64,000 bases of DNA from Zygnema circumcarinatum SAG 698-1b (lineage: Eukaryota; Plantae; Zygnematophyceae): contig CM074815.1 of the NCBI GenBank assembly GCA_037447605.1, positions 2,170,001 through 2,234,000 on the forward strand, in the 5' to 3' direction. Below the pieces are notes generated by a model that saw nothing but the letters and a program-made list of their open reading frames with translations, did no database searches and was not told the origin of the DNA. Positions 47,664 to 60,736 of this stretch are shown piece after piece (within the stretch, counting starts at the first letter, position 1; every line of letters starts with the position of its first letter). The position numbers and the translations under genes were made by a program.

Positions 47664-48678
47664 AAGAGTGGAATCTAGCCGTTGAAGCTATGTGACAAGT
47701 GTCACGTTTCTTCCATGTTTTCGATGATCTGTGCTTGGAAGTTTGCATGGATGGTGATGTAAGCTTTCAGTGCGCAATGGTCATGTTCCATGTGCTTGTT
47801 ACAGTAACGGTGTTCTGTGCTGTTGGCTTCCAACGGTGCTATGTGCGCATACGCGTCAGCATGCGCCAGCATGGGCCCGACAACAGTTCCTCGTGGTTTC
47901 ATTGCAGGCAGCGTCCGTACACACGAGCTGCCCATACATCGCACATTGCGCGGCTGCTTTGGCGAAACACAGGAAACCACAGGTCGGACCATTAGACCAA
48001 CCATTTGAATGGTTGCCAACCATTGGCGCCAGACCGAAACAACCATTCAAGTACGTTTCATTAGCATCAGAATCCTACGTATACATGCATTTTTTTTGCC
48101 ACATTCAAGTTCCAAACAGCCCATTAGAATATTGGCCGATGAAAATTCCGTCAGGAATTTGCAATAAGTCTGCCAAAAACCCACCGTACTCTTGGCTCGA
48201 ATACAGTACCCCATGCCACCCCTCCACGTGACACCTGTCACACCTCACCTTCCTTTCACTTATTTTTACTTACTTTCATTCATTTCATTCTTTTTTTTTT
48301 TTTTTCCAATTTGGGGCTTTTAGAACTCTATGACCACGTGTGGCTGAATGTTAAAATTAGCGAGGATGAGTTAACGAAGGAAAACATTTCTTGATGTCTT
48401 GGTGCAAGTGCTGCGTTAAGCACCTGAATATTTGTTTCATTCTTAACAAATTTACGGTTTACATTACAAGTAGACTGAAAGCAGACTGCATCCACCCATC
48501 CTCCAAACCAACCAAGAAAGCCAACCATTCTTCTCCGTAACCATAACCACGACCACCATAACCACCACAACGTAACCATTCTTCTTCTCCATTCTTCTTC
48601 GTTTTTTACAGAAAAAAAAACAAGAAAAACAAAATGTAAACTATCATGCTAAATCGCTAATCGTCAAATGCCCTCAAT

Positions 48679-51580
48679 TCATGCTTCGGCCTCTCCCCCC
48701 TCCTCCCCTCTCTCCTCCTCCGCCACAAACGCCCTCTTAGACGCTTCATACACAGCAAAAGAAATCGCCGTCATTGGCACAATCATCAATAGCTGCGCAG
48801 TCAACCCCCTATACAGCCCCCCCCCTCCCTCCTCCCTCACTATTCCCTGCAGTGCGCTCACCACATTGCCATAACTCCCTCCCCTGAGGGCCCCTTCAGA
48901 ACCCAACGCACTGATACTGATCTTCTTTCTCGCCGCTTCAAGAGGGTACGTGAGAGTGCTCGAGACCATGCCGGAGGCTGCTCCCAAGGCGACCGTTATG
49001 AAGCTTTCCGGATGTTCCTGACCCGTGTGGTCCTAGAGAGAGAGAGAGAGAGAGAGAGAAGAGTGAGAGAGGAGAGGGAGAGAGGGGGGAGAGAGAGAGG
49101 GGGCAGAGAGGGAGAGAGATAGAGGTGCTCGGAGAGAGAGAAGAGAGGCGAGAGAAAGAAGAGTGAGAGAGGAGAAGGAGAGAGTGGGGAGAGAGAGAGG
49201 GGACAGAGAGGGGGAGAGAGAGAGAGAGGTGTTCAGAGAGAAAGAACGAGATGGGAGAAAGAAAGATGAGGGGGGAGGGATAGAGAGGGAGAGAGAGAGA
49301 GAGAGATTACATGATAAGCATATGATGTACTGATTTCTGCTGTCGTTTTTCCACCCATGAAAGAAATGCTTGCGAAGTATGCAAAATACCTGCCACGTGT
49401 CCTTCAATTTGTTGTAAGTATAAAACCCGAGAGCAGAAGTCGGTACGAGCGAAATCATCGCCGGCACAATCCCGCGGTAGAGTCCCGGAAGGCCCTCCGC
49501 AGCAATGATCTTCCTAACACCGTCCCCAAATCCTTTGTACACTTCTTTCTGCAAACACAAAGGAAAAAAAGGACAAAAAAATCAAAAATTAAGAATCTTT
49601 CGTGATCCATGGGTTATGAAAAGAGTCAAAGAGATAGGGTTGTTAAGCATGTGACCCCTCTCCCCCCATCCCCACCACCCCACCTTCTCCCNNNNNNNNN
49701 NCCCGCTTCTTCCCCCTCCCACTCCCCCCTCTCCCTCCTTCCTCTCCCTCCCCCTCCCCCTCTTTCCATGCCGCCATCTCCACCTTGAGGAGCACGCGGT
49801 CGAGCACAACGTCAATGGGGTACGCGGCGAGAGTGGAGGCGAGTCCGGCGGCGGCTCCCGCCAAAGTGGCGAAGGGCGCGTTGCGGGGGAGAGGGGGGGG
49901 GAGGACCCTAGGGTTGGGATCGGCCATGGCGGACCGACCGTGCTGCTGCTTCCTCTTCTTCAATTCTTCCTTCGCCGTTTCATAAACAAGAAACTGCAAA
50001 AGACAATATTTATTAATATGATGGTGCTGAGGAGAAAGCGCAACAAGGACAAAAAAAGGGAACAGGAAAAGAAGGAATTTTAGATACAAATGAGGGAGGG
50101 AAGAGATGGTGACCTCTATCCCCTTGCTGAGGGCGGCTCGGAGGAGGCTGACTGTGGGGTCCGCCTTTGTGAGGTTGCTCTGAAAGCCCTCCTTCCGTAC
50201 AGATGTACGGACAACCTCCGCAGCCGACGAGCTGCCCGCGAGGACGCGCACGCGAAGGGCCGCGAAAGGAGAGCAGAGGAAACCGGAGATAGCGCCCGCG
50301 GAGATGGCGCAGAGGAGCTGGAGGNNNNNNNNNNGAGGGGAGGGAGGGGAGGGGAGGGAGGGGAGGGGAATAGCATTAGTTTGGATAAGATTGAAGAAAA
50401 GGGAGAGAGTGTGTGTGTGTGTGAGAGAAAGAGAGAGAGAGGGAGAGAAAGGGAGGAAAAGCCCACACGGAACCTATCTGTGGAGCTTTTAAAGAAGAAA
50501 ACTCGCCAGATTTCACGATATTCAGGACAAGAAAATTAAACTCAAATTAAAAAAAGGAAATATAAGAGAGTAAATAAGTATTTATACTAACGGGAAATGT
50601 CATCTCTGAATCCATCCACACTTTTTTAAACGGAGGTCGAAATGGTTCACATGGAAACGCATTGGACACGTGGCAGGGTTTCCATGTGAACAGGAAAAAG
50701 TCAGCTGCCTTGCTGCGACACCATTCAGAAATGGAATATATTTTTTATTATTAAGTAAAAAAAAAAAAGCTGGAATATATAAAGTTTACCTGTTTCACTT
50801 GACAACTGCTCACATAGCCGACCCCCTTCACGGGAATTCGAAATTTTCCAACGGTCCCTTTTGCTGATTTGCCGGCGTTTTCCAATTTCTGATCGACGTG
50901 CTAAAAAAAAGAAGAAATAAAGCAAGGTAAAAAAGGGCAAGAGTTAATAATTTCATCAAAGAAATTTTAACACGTAAATGCATCAGTTTCTGTGCGCAAG
51001 ATGATGCAAAATTCAGTGAAAGGAATCTCTTTTTTTAAATATTTTGAAGTCAATAAACGTTCTCGCTCAGCCTCCCTCTGTGCCCCCCCCCCCTTTGCTG
51101 CTCTCACTCACCCTTAAGGATCATCAAACCTCAGACTTCTCTCTCTCTCTCTCTCTCTCTCCCTCTCTCTCTCTCGCTCTTCTCCATTTCCTGCCTCTCC
51201 CTCTTTCTCCTCTCCCAATCTCCCTTGACAACTCCAACTCTCTCTCTCTCTGTGTCTCTCTCTCGCTTCTCTCTCCCTCCCTCTCCCTCTCCCCCTCCTC
51301 ACTCCCCCCCCCTTCTCACCTTCAATCGGTTCTCCGCTCTCTCCACCGCCGCCCGCTCTCTCTCCTCCGCCTCCCTCCCTACCCCTCCCATTATCCTCCC
51401 CTCCTCTCTCTCCCCTCCTCCCCCTCTCCCTCTCACCATCTCCCCTCCCACTACCTCCCCTGCCTCCATCACTGCCTCCCCCGCCTCCCTCCCTTCCTCC
51501 TTCAGCTCCTCCAATGCTCCCCCAAAAGTCCTCCCTATCTTCTTGAACCTCTTGGAAAGTTTTTTCTGCTGATCCAACAT
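48679..51580 (-). CDS. Mitochondrial carrier family (SLC25) protein, BT1/Brittle-1-like, divergent
   Basis: Exons about 51580-51320, about 50324-50114 (cut by an N gap), 49996-49787, 49549-49394 and 49033-48679. Motifs: GIEFLVYETAKEEL; AGAAAGLASTLAAYPID; EGLPGLYRGIVP; GAASGMVSSTLTYPLEAARKK; GLYRGL; ISFAVYEASKR. Confidence 0.85.
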
Positions 51581-52238
51581 TGAAATTTCTATCCCTTTAA
51601 AAATATCTGAAGGGCTAAGATTGATAGATTTTCGCTTTCTCCTTCTCCGTCTCTGGGCTGGGCGGATCGAAGCAACCGGAAAATTATCCAGGGGCAGAAA
51701 AAAGTCATTTTCGGGCAGGTTAAAGGGCCTTTTTTGGAGGGGTTTTATCAGGTTTGAAATCGAATGAAGGAATTTTTGGGGAGAGAAGGGAAGGGTGCAA
51801 ATAGGGTCTCCTGATTCTACATTTTTTTTGGTCGAAATTTCGGTTGTTTTGGGGGTTGAATGGGGGGTTGAATGGGGGGTTAAGGGGGGGAGGTGCAGGG
51901 TGAAAGGGGGGTCGGAGAAAATAGGAAAAGGGGGGTGGGGAACAAATGAAAATGAATTTTGGCTGCAATTAATTTCTGTAATTTTGGGGGAGACTGAAAT
52001 TTGGAGCTTCTTTGAGGGCCACATCTTGTGGGCATCAGAGTAAGAAACAGAGCGAAGGAGGGAGAGAAAGTGAGAGAGAAAGAGAGAGATAGGGAGAGAC
52101 TGTTTCAAGAAGAGAAAGGGGGGGATTGCGAGAGAGAGGCGGCGAGAGGGAGAGAGAGGCGGTGAAGGAAAAAGATAGAGAGAGAGAGGGAGAGAGAGAG
52201 TGATCGAGGGAGAGATTAAAAGAAAGAGAGTCGAGCCT

Positions 52239-52285
<47 letters not shown>

Positions 52286-52394
52286 TAAGGGAGAGAGAGA
52301 GGGGCGACGTCAAGAAAGTTCGATCCAAGCAAGTGCGAGCGCCGCCGACCAACCGCGAGGAAGGTTCGCGTCCTCGGCCGCTCCAAAACTTCAC

Positions 52395-52990
52395 GCCACG
52401 TGGTGGCCCGAGCGCTCTGAACTGACTTTTGATAACACGTGGCACGATGTCATGAGTGCATTCTCGCCACGTGGTGGAATGGCGTCGCCCCACGTCAAAA
52501 CCATTTGTTACATGGCGCCACGTGGCATTGAATGGGCGAGCGGACGACAATTGGAAACCGCGGGCCAATTATTGTCGGCTCCAATAATGGCGAGTGATGA
52601 CGTGGCGGGTCAGTTATGAGTTTACGACAAGTGCGAAGGCATTGTCAACACGACAAAATATGTGAACTGAACGAATCATTTGATGCCACGTGGCGCTTCT
52701 TTGTGAACGGGAAAATTAACGTTCGGCTGAACCTTTTTTGGATTGCCGTATTTGAAGGGAAATTTAAAATATCAAATTTAAGAAATATTTACAAAAGTTG
52801 TAAACGCGCTTGCTACGTCGAACATTCCCATTGATGAGTCAGCATGTGATTCGCATGGAAGCCACGTGACGACCTATCATTGGATATGTCGACATGTGCT
52901 ACGTGGAGTCCCACCATTGGCTATGATTCGCATGCACGTCACCCGGCGTCTTTCCATTGGAAGGCGTTCTCATGCATGCCACGTGGCGTC
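52395..52990. promoter_or_regulatory. Dense G-box/ABRE cluster upstream of the carrier gene
   Basis: About seven CACGTG cores (mostly GCCACGTGG) plus ACGTGG/ACGTC variants and CCAAT motifs in 600 bp. Confidence 0.5.
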
Positions 52991-53123
52991 CACCTATTCG
53001 AAAAGAAAACCACGTTTAAGTAGCGCACCTTTGCATGAGAAAGGATCACTTCCATTTCTGCCCGTATTTTTTTTTTTTTTTTTTTCCGTCAACTAAAAGT
53101 ATGAGGGATTATTGTCTCCAATA

Positions 53124-53256
53124 GGGGGTGTCAGACTTAAAAATTGTTCGTAAGTTTGAGACCAGAACGAGTACTTCGGTGACATAGCAATCCTGTTGCG
53201 GCGGAGTACTTACAAGACTTTTTTGTTCGTAAGATTTCGTTAAGTCTGACACCCCC
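53124..53256. mobile_element. 133-bp MITE with 17-bp TIRs, TA-flanked, same terminal family as the nested foldback element
   Basis: TA|GGGGGTGTCAGACTTAA ... TTAAGTCTGACACCCCC|TA. Confidence 0.85.
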
Positions 53257-54372
53257 TAATGTCGATTCAGAGCGCGAAGAAGGAGCCGTTCGAAGCACAG
53301 GGATTCTATTTTGACCAAAAAAAGGAAGGGACCTGTGATAGGCAAATGCAGCCTAATTCGATCACTTTCACCCTTTCTTAAAATTTTCATCGTTCCTTTC
53401 CTATTCACTGGGAAAAAAACCTTAAACTTAAAATTAAAATTAACATTGTAAATTAAAATTGTGAAATATCTTCCCACTCTGAGCATCTTTACTCTCTGTA
53501 ACTTTTAATTACCATGCTCTTGATCCCTTACTTTTCGCGAATTATTTCAAAATTGACGTCGGGCAGTAGCAGATTGAAAATGCCATCAGACATATTATCC
53601 ATGAAAAGTAGCCCAGATTGAATTTTTTTTGAAAAGATGATCAGTTTCCATGAGAGAATTGAAGCTTAATCAATCAACACAGAAACCGAGGGAAAAGAAC
53701 TGAAACTGAACTGTCCACAAAACAAAGAGAGAGAGGAAGAAAAGGAAAAATGTGACTCAGTTCAAATCTGCAAGAAACGCAGCGATAAATTAATTGATTT
53801 TTACGGCTTGTTTAGCCAACCGTTTAACGGAAACGGAGACCACATGTGACTGCCTGCCTGCAGGCGCCTTCCTCAGTTCACTTTCTTCCGGCTTCCTATT
53901 GGCCCAACCATTCGTCGGCCACACTAAAAAAAAAAAAGAAAAAATTCCGGGCTGCCCGACTCTTTGATCGGACCCCGATAATTCACAATTCACCAACTGG
54001 TTCTATGCTTCACTTCCTCGCCCTCCGTTAAACGGTAACTGCCACCGTTCGTCTACGCCGCATGGTACATGGAACGGGAAGAACTGAACTGAACTGAAGG
54101 CCAACTGAAGGGCATCATGGCTTGGCGGCTGCCGCCGATATCCACACGTCGAAAAACCGACGCATTTAGTCGACTAAAGTGACTAACCAGGCGACTAAAC
54201 CTTTAGCGGCCAGCGGCCATGGGCAAACCCTAAAAAATCCAACTCTCTTTTAAGAAAAAAAAAAAAAAAAGACTATACACGGCTTATCTTCACAAAGTGG
54301 AGAAACCCAACAAAACCCACTTGACCCAAACCCCAATTAAGCAAAAGAAATTAAAAGAAAAAAAAAGGGGCT

Positions 54373-54825
54373 CTAAAACTCGTCTTCCGATTCGACCTCC
54401 TCGACCCCATACCCCATCACCATGGCCAGCGACTTCTCATACTCATTGATCTCATCTTCGTCGTCTAGCGCCAGCCTCTCCATCAAGCACATGTCCTGCA
54501 CATCCTCCATAGTGAAGGGAAAGCCCTCCCCCTCGAAGTCTATTTGGGGACTATCAAACCACGTGTAGAAGTGCGTGTCCAGGTCCGCCCAGTCCTCGAC
54601 TATGTACAGGTTCCGCCGCCCGATGCGGACATAGCCGTTGGGGGGCATGCGGCACGCGAACCATCCATGGCGGCCCACAATGACGAGGGTCTCCATAGCG
54701 CCGCGGATCCACTTCTCCTCCTCGCCGGGAACCACGAGGACGGGGGCCGCGTCGAAAGAGGGGATGGAGGAGGACGTGACGGAGACAAGGACGAGGAAGT
54801 CGGACTTGTTGTCGACGGCGACCAT
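54373..54825 (-). CDS. Intronless 150-aa protein of unknown family (paralog A), acidic C-terminal tail
   Basis: Clean ORF with strong GC3 bias and CCACC-ATG-G context; 68 of 116 ungapped identities with paralog B. Confidence 0.85.
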   Translation of the reverse strand: MVAVDNKSDFLVLVSVTSSSIPSFDAAPVLVVPGEEEKWIRGAMETLVIVGRHGWFACRMPPNGYVRIGRRNLYIVEDWADLDTHFYTWFDSPQIDFEGEGFPFTMEDVQDMCLMERLALDDEDEINEYEKSLAMVMGYGVEEVESEDEF

Positions 54826-57800
54826 GGTGGGAGGGAGGGAGAGGGGGGGGGGGAGGGAGGGAGGGAGGGAGGGGCTAGGAATGGGTATAAATTTCTACAC
54901 AGGGGCCTACGAAAAAGCAGTTGACAGAGACGAAGGCTTCGCTCGAGTGACCATCGCTTTGGAACGCTTCTCTCTCACTCTCTCTCTCCTCTTCTACCTC
55001 CCTCGTTCTCGCTCTCCTGGCGCGTGCAGTAGTTTCGTCCTATACGACTCCCTCTGTCTGCCTCCCTTCACCTCTCCGTTTATGTCTTCTCCACCGCACG
55101 CTCACTCTCTCTTCTTCCGTCAGCTTCTTCCTCTCCCTCTCTCCTCTCTCTCCCTCTCCCTCTCTCCTCTCTCCCTCTCCCTCCCTCTCCCGCCCTCTCT
55201 CCCTCTCTCCTCCCTTTCTTTCTCCCACTTTCCCTCTCTCCCCACTGTCTTCCTCTCCCTCCGACTAAATCCACTCGCAAATCGAACCCCGACACCCTTC
55301 GCCGTCGCGCGCCCCTCCCATATAAAACACAGACCGGCGCTGACCTCCTCTCGCGCGTGCGAAAGTACATCCAGTGTACGAATTGTACGGTATTTGTACA
55401 CATACATCATTTCCGTACATATCCGACGAATTCTGAACACAGTCACTGTACGAAAACCCTGTCGCCACATGCCTAAAACGGCCAAGCGCTGCCGCCCAGC
55501 TGGCCCCCTGAGGGCGCCAAACCGATCCCCAGAAACCGCCAATCCCTAATTGCAGATATTGTCTTTTTGTGCCGGCTGAGAGCCTGCGATATTTTGTTCT
55601 TTGAATTCTGTGGCTGATGTGGCGACCGGAGAGTCAGCCACGTGTGCATGATTTGTCACCCGCGGCCAGGCGTCAGTCCTACGGTTTACCAAATCGACAA
55701 AATAGCGCGGAACGGTCAAATTGGCGCCGAGCTGCATCGCCTAGCCTCCCCTTTTAGAATCGTGTGGGCAATTTAACGGTTTGTGCCGACCAAAACATGT
55801 GCCGACAAAAGAAGCGTGTCCGTACAAGGACCTAAGAAATTGACAGCGCGCCATGTGCTCAAAACGACAAATTTTTTTGAGTTCCAGGACATGATCAACC
55901 AATGGACGCAGCTCACATGGCTGTACGGACGACATCGGTCATGGATTCAGGCGGACATATCGAGACAGATTCGGCTGTTTTGGACACATGCGTCCCCGGG
56001 CGGCAGAAAATTAGAATGTTCCATTAAATGCGGGAATCACGTGGTCACCCGCGATTGGAAATCGACGGCTGCCAGCGGTAAGGCATTCAGAAAACGACAA
56101 ATATAAAACGGCCAAGATCTAGGCCCTCCTCTGTGATCCGATGCAAAATCCTCCAATGGCAATTTGAAACGTGGGCAAACGTGGGCAATGTGTACACGTG
56201 GCACACTCCCATTAGTTGAAATTGCTCTCAGTTCGTGGAATCTGAACCGTCCTTTCCGTTGTAGGCGGAGAATACGATTGGCCCGAAGCAGTAACGCACA
56301 TTTTGAGCATAGAAATGTCGTTCCCTACCGTCCAGCAACTGTCGTACGGACGGACGGAAGGTACTCGAGGGGCCACCGCGACGCGCAGTGGCCTGCCAGC
56401 GCTCACTCTCGCTGCCCGTCTCTCGATGTCCCAGAAGCGAGAGAGAGAGAGTGAGGAGAGGTGGGAAGAGGGAGAGCGGGAGAGGGAGAGCGGGAGAGAG
56501 AATGAGAGAGCGAGAGGGAAGGGCGGAGGGAGGGGGCGATAGAGAGAGACAGAGAGTGAGAGTAGGGAGGTGGGGAGAGGGAGAGCGGGAGAGGGAGTGA
56601 GAGAACGAGAGGGAAGGGTGGAGAGAGGGGGTGTGAGAGAGAGACAGAGAGAGTGAGAGAAGAGGGGTGGGGAGAGGGAGAGCGGGAGAGGGAGTGAGAG
56701 AGCGAGAGGGAAGGGTGGATGGAGGGGCTGTGAGAAAGAGACAGAGAGAGTGAGAGAAGAGAGGTGGGAAGAGGGAGAGCAGGAGTGAGAGAGCGAGAGG
56801 GAAAACGGAGGGAGGGGGTGTGAGAGAGAGACAGAGAGTACGAGAAGAGAGGTGGGGAGAGGGAGAGCTGGAGAGGGAGTGAGAGAGCGAGAGGGAAGGG
56901 CAGAGGGAGGGGCTGTGAGAGAGAGACAGAGAGTGAGGAAGAGAGGTGGGGAGAGGGAGAGCGGGAGAGGGAGTGAGTGAGCGACAGGGGAGGGCGGAGG
57001 GAGAGGTGTGAGAGAGAGACAGAAAGAGGGAGAGAGGGGGGTAGCCGGGAAGGGGAGAGATAGCGACGGGAAAAGGGAGATTCAGGTAGGAAGAGAGAGG
57101 GAAAGGAGAGTGGGAGGGTTCGAAAAAAGGTTTAGTAAGAGCTACCAGACAGAAACGGGACGGAGAGAGAAAGGGCGAAGTGGGGGAAAGACAGAGAGAG
57201 GAGCGAGAGAGGGCGCCAGAGAGAGGAAGCGTGATGGGGAGGGGGAGGGGTCGAGGGGGGAGAAACACAGAGAGAGTGAGCGAGAGAGAGGCAGAAACTG
57301 GCGGTGAAGCAGGGAGTTGGAGAGCGAGCGTGGGTGGGAGATTAGATTTAGATAGGAAGAGGGAAGGGAAGGCCGCACAGTGAGTGGGTTTTGAAAGAGA
57401 GTTAGGAAGAAAGCTGTAGTACAGCTACAGTGAGGAAGGGAGAGAGAGGAGAGGGAGAGAGAGAGAGAGACTGCTTCATGAAGAGAAGGAGAGGAGATTG
57501 TGAGAGAGAGGCGGCGAGAGGGAGAAACAGAGGGAGACACACAGAGAGAGAGGCGGCGAAGGAAACATATGAAGAGAGAGTGGAAAAAAGCGAGAGCGCG
57601 CGAGAGAGAGTGAGCGAGGGAGAAAGAGAAAAAGAGAGAGTCTCAGAGAGACACAGAGAGAGAGCGAGAGATCATGACAACGAATCGTAGAGTGGTGCGA
57701 GCAGCATGAAGCAGCGGGTGGTTGCATTTTTCCGTCTCCCAAAATGCAGAGCGCGTCCGGTTCAAGCCGAGGGGCGCAGTGGCACAAGGGCAGAGCTGAG

Positions 57801-59354
57801 AGGGATCGAACACTCGACCTCGGGGCTACGTCCCGGCGGTACCGGCGGCCCTAGGTCGGCCCCGGCAGCCCCTTATAGGTCGGTGTTGGCGGCCACAGTG
57901 TCGGTGCGGGCCGCCCGGACGGTTTGTCGGTGGCGCTTGGAGTTTTGGAATTCAGATTTCGGACAAACGATATGCGTCAGCATACCGCGATTGTGGATGG
58001 AAAAAGGGGACTCAAATGGGCCCTTCGGTACGGAAATGGTCCGGCTGGCAAGGTTTGTGAGAGCGCAATGGTTGCCAACCATTGCCAATGGTCGAAACGT
58101 TGGATGTCAATGGTTGCCAACCATTTCCAATGGTTGGATGCCAATGGTTGCCAACCATTGGCGGCCAACCATTGCCATTCAAAGGTTGTCCAATTGCTTC
58201 CGATCCCATGTTCCGACATGTGCCTGTGATTGCCCAAACTCCCGTTGTTGTTGCTTAGAACGGATCGCACCAAGTTCTCGTGCCGCACGCATTGTTAGGA
58301 CGATGGCATGCGACACTGCGGCTCGACAGCAACAACAACACCACCAACAACAAGAGGGAGGCCAAGCTAGGCGTGCTCCATGGGAGGCTGTCGACAGAAA
58401 GCAAAAACTGCATCACGATTGCATCGACGACACGTTCTCTCTCGCCATAGCGTACAATCACTGTACGGTCCAGGCACCATGTTCGAGTTACAGCTCTACT
58501 TTTGCGCATCGGAGGGTTCGGACCGCGGACCGCCAAACAGACTTTTGTCATCTCACGTCACGTCACATCACGTCACTTTATTTCATGACATGACGCAACG
58601 CACGCTCCGATGAGCGCACATCCACCGTCATCAATGCCACGTGGCACTACCGTACGCTGTTATTGTCGCGGTCGTAGGGTCCGTACGCAATTGTCAGAAA
58701 AAATCAGATCCGATTCTCGTCAATGCACAAGATTCTCCGCTGTCTGGCGCGCACGAAACGCAATTTTTTGCGGCGCGCTGCGCGATTGGATGAGAGAGAT
58801 TTCGTAAGATCTCGGCTGTGATGGAGCCATAAGGGGGGCGTAAGACATAGAACCAGTACTCGCAGTTGTAAATTTCTATTCAGTTCTATTCTGCAAGCGA
58901 CTGTTTCTTTTCTCGCTCATTTCGATTAAACTGACCGGTGAGCCTGCTCGTGGTTTCCTGTTGAGACGAGGCGGTGCCGCGCGACCGAGTGGTTTGCAAT
59001 TTGCAGTTGGAAACCTGGGCGGGCCGGTTTGCAACTGGAAACTGGAGACTGAAAACTGGGAAATGGAAAGGGACCCTGAGGAAGTTCCTCGATGGGTGGT
59101 GTTAGGAAGTGAACACTGAGTCATATGAGTCCATGTTGTTGTTGTTGAACATGTGCTCACAACATGGTTAACATGGGTCAATAGCATGGCTTGCAAAAAG
59201 GGTTACAACATAGATTCAAACATGGGGCTTACCAACATCCACATAGAGAAAGGAAGGAGTCAAGGTGGTAGAAGGTCAGGTGGATAAGGTGAAATATTTC
59301 TGATGCAGCGATATGGCAGGAGGGAAAGACAAATAGGTAAAGAGTGGCAGGGAG

Positions 59355-59593
<239 letters not shown>

Positions 59594-60283
59594 GGGAGTC
59601 GAGGTGGTACAAGGTCAGGTGGATAGAGAAAGACGGAAATCTGAGATTGAAAAAAAACTGGAAGAGATATGGGAGGAAGAAAAAGCTTCACCATACATAT
59701 TCCATTAGCTGGGAAACAATCACAATCGACAAAATAAAGAAAAGGTTTCATGAAAGAGAAATTGCCTTCGTCTTTATTTCTGCAAAAATCCCAGTCTTTG
59801 CGATCCCTAGCTCTGACTAAGTACTGAGGAGACAAGCTGTAAAGTGACTGTTTTGTCCTTTCTGACCAATCAAGCTGAAGTACGACCGTACAGAGAGCCT
59901 CAGTGCGACGGATTTCCGTAAAACAAACCGCTGCATTCTATGCTACGCCAAACGAGTCTAAAGAATCAATTATCTAGGAAAGGTACAAACGCAAAAAAGT
60001 GCGCCGATGAATTTCTAAAAAACAAAAAAAAAAAAATATGTTCGAGAATCGAACAAAAGAATCTCACCAATCTGTGAAATTTCTAAGTACGAAAAAAATC
60101 TCAATCCGTCACTGCTTTCCAAATTTCGTGACTTTGAACGTATATTCACATGCTCACGTCTGAACCCAAAACGGAACAGAACTGAAGCCTCCTCGTAGAA
60201 CCCCTCGACCCCTTGTTAAAAAGCCGTCCAGACGCCGAATACCCCATTTACGTACAGCATCTTATACCCCATTTACTCAATAA

Positions 60284-60736
60284 TCATGCTCCGCTTGCCG
60301 CCACCTCGGACCCGCCACACGTCGCCGAAAACCCAGCCGAAAATCCGCAATCCGCCGCAGCCCCATTTGCTTGACGTGACGACGTGTGTTCCATATGGCA
60401 TATTTCCCTAACTTCCTCCATGGAGAAGGGGAAGCCTCCCTCGCTCAAATCAACCTCCTGGTCGTCGAACCACGTGTAGTAGTGTGAGTCAAGATCCTCC
60501 CAGTCGCCGACCACGTACAGGTTCTTGTTTGTGATGCGCACGTACCCGTCCGCGCCGACGGGGCACGAGACCCACCCATGGCGGCTCATGACCACGACGC
60601 GCTCCCGCGCCCCACGGAGCCACTTCTCCTCGGAGGCGGGGGAGACCAGGACAGGGGCCGCGTCGAAGGCGGGGATGGCCTTGTTGCCAACGGACACGAG
60701 GACGCGGTAGTCCGACCGGTTGTCCACGACCACCAT
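60284..60736 (-). CDS. Intronless 150-aa protein of unknown family (paralog B)
   Basis: ATG at 60736 in CCACC-ATG-G context (the track ORF starts upstream in CT repeats); homologous to 54373-54825; candidate TATA (TATATA) at about 60956-60961. Confidence 0.85.
   Translation of the reverse strand: MVVVDNRSDYRVLVSVGNKAIPAFDAAPVLVSPASEEKWLRGARERVVVMSRHGWVSCPVGADGYVRITNKNLYVVGDWEDLDSHYYTWFDDQEVDLSEGGFPFSMEEVREICHMEHTSSRQANGAAADCGFSAGFSATCGGSEVAASGA

Noticed and set aside
57706-58593. 295-aa ORF
   Set aside because: No recognisable domain; its middle is the translated AATGGTTGCCAACCATT repeat, and codon use is unlike real genes here.
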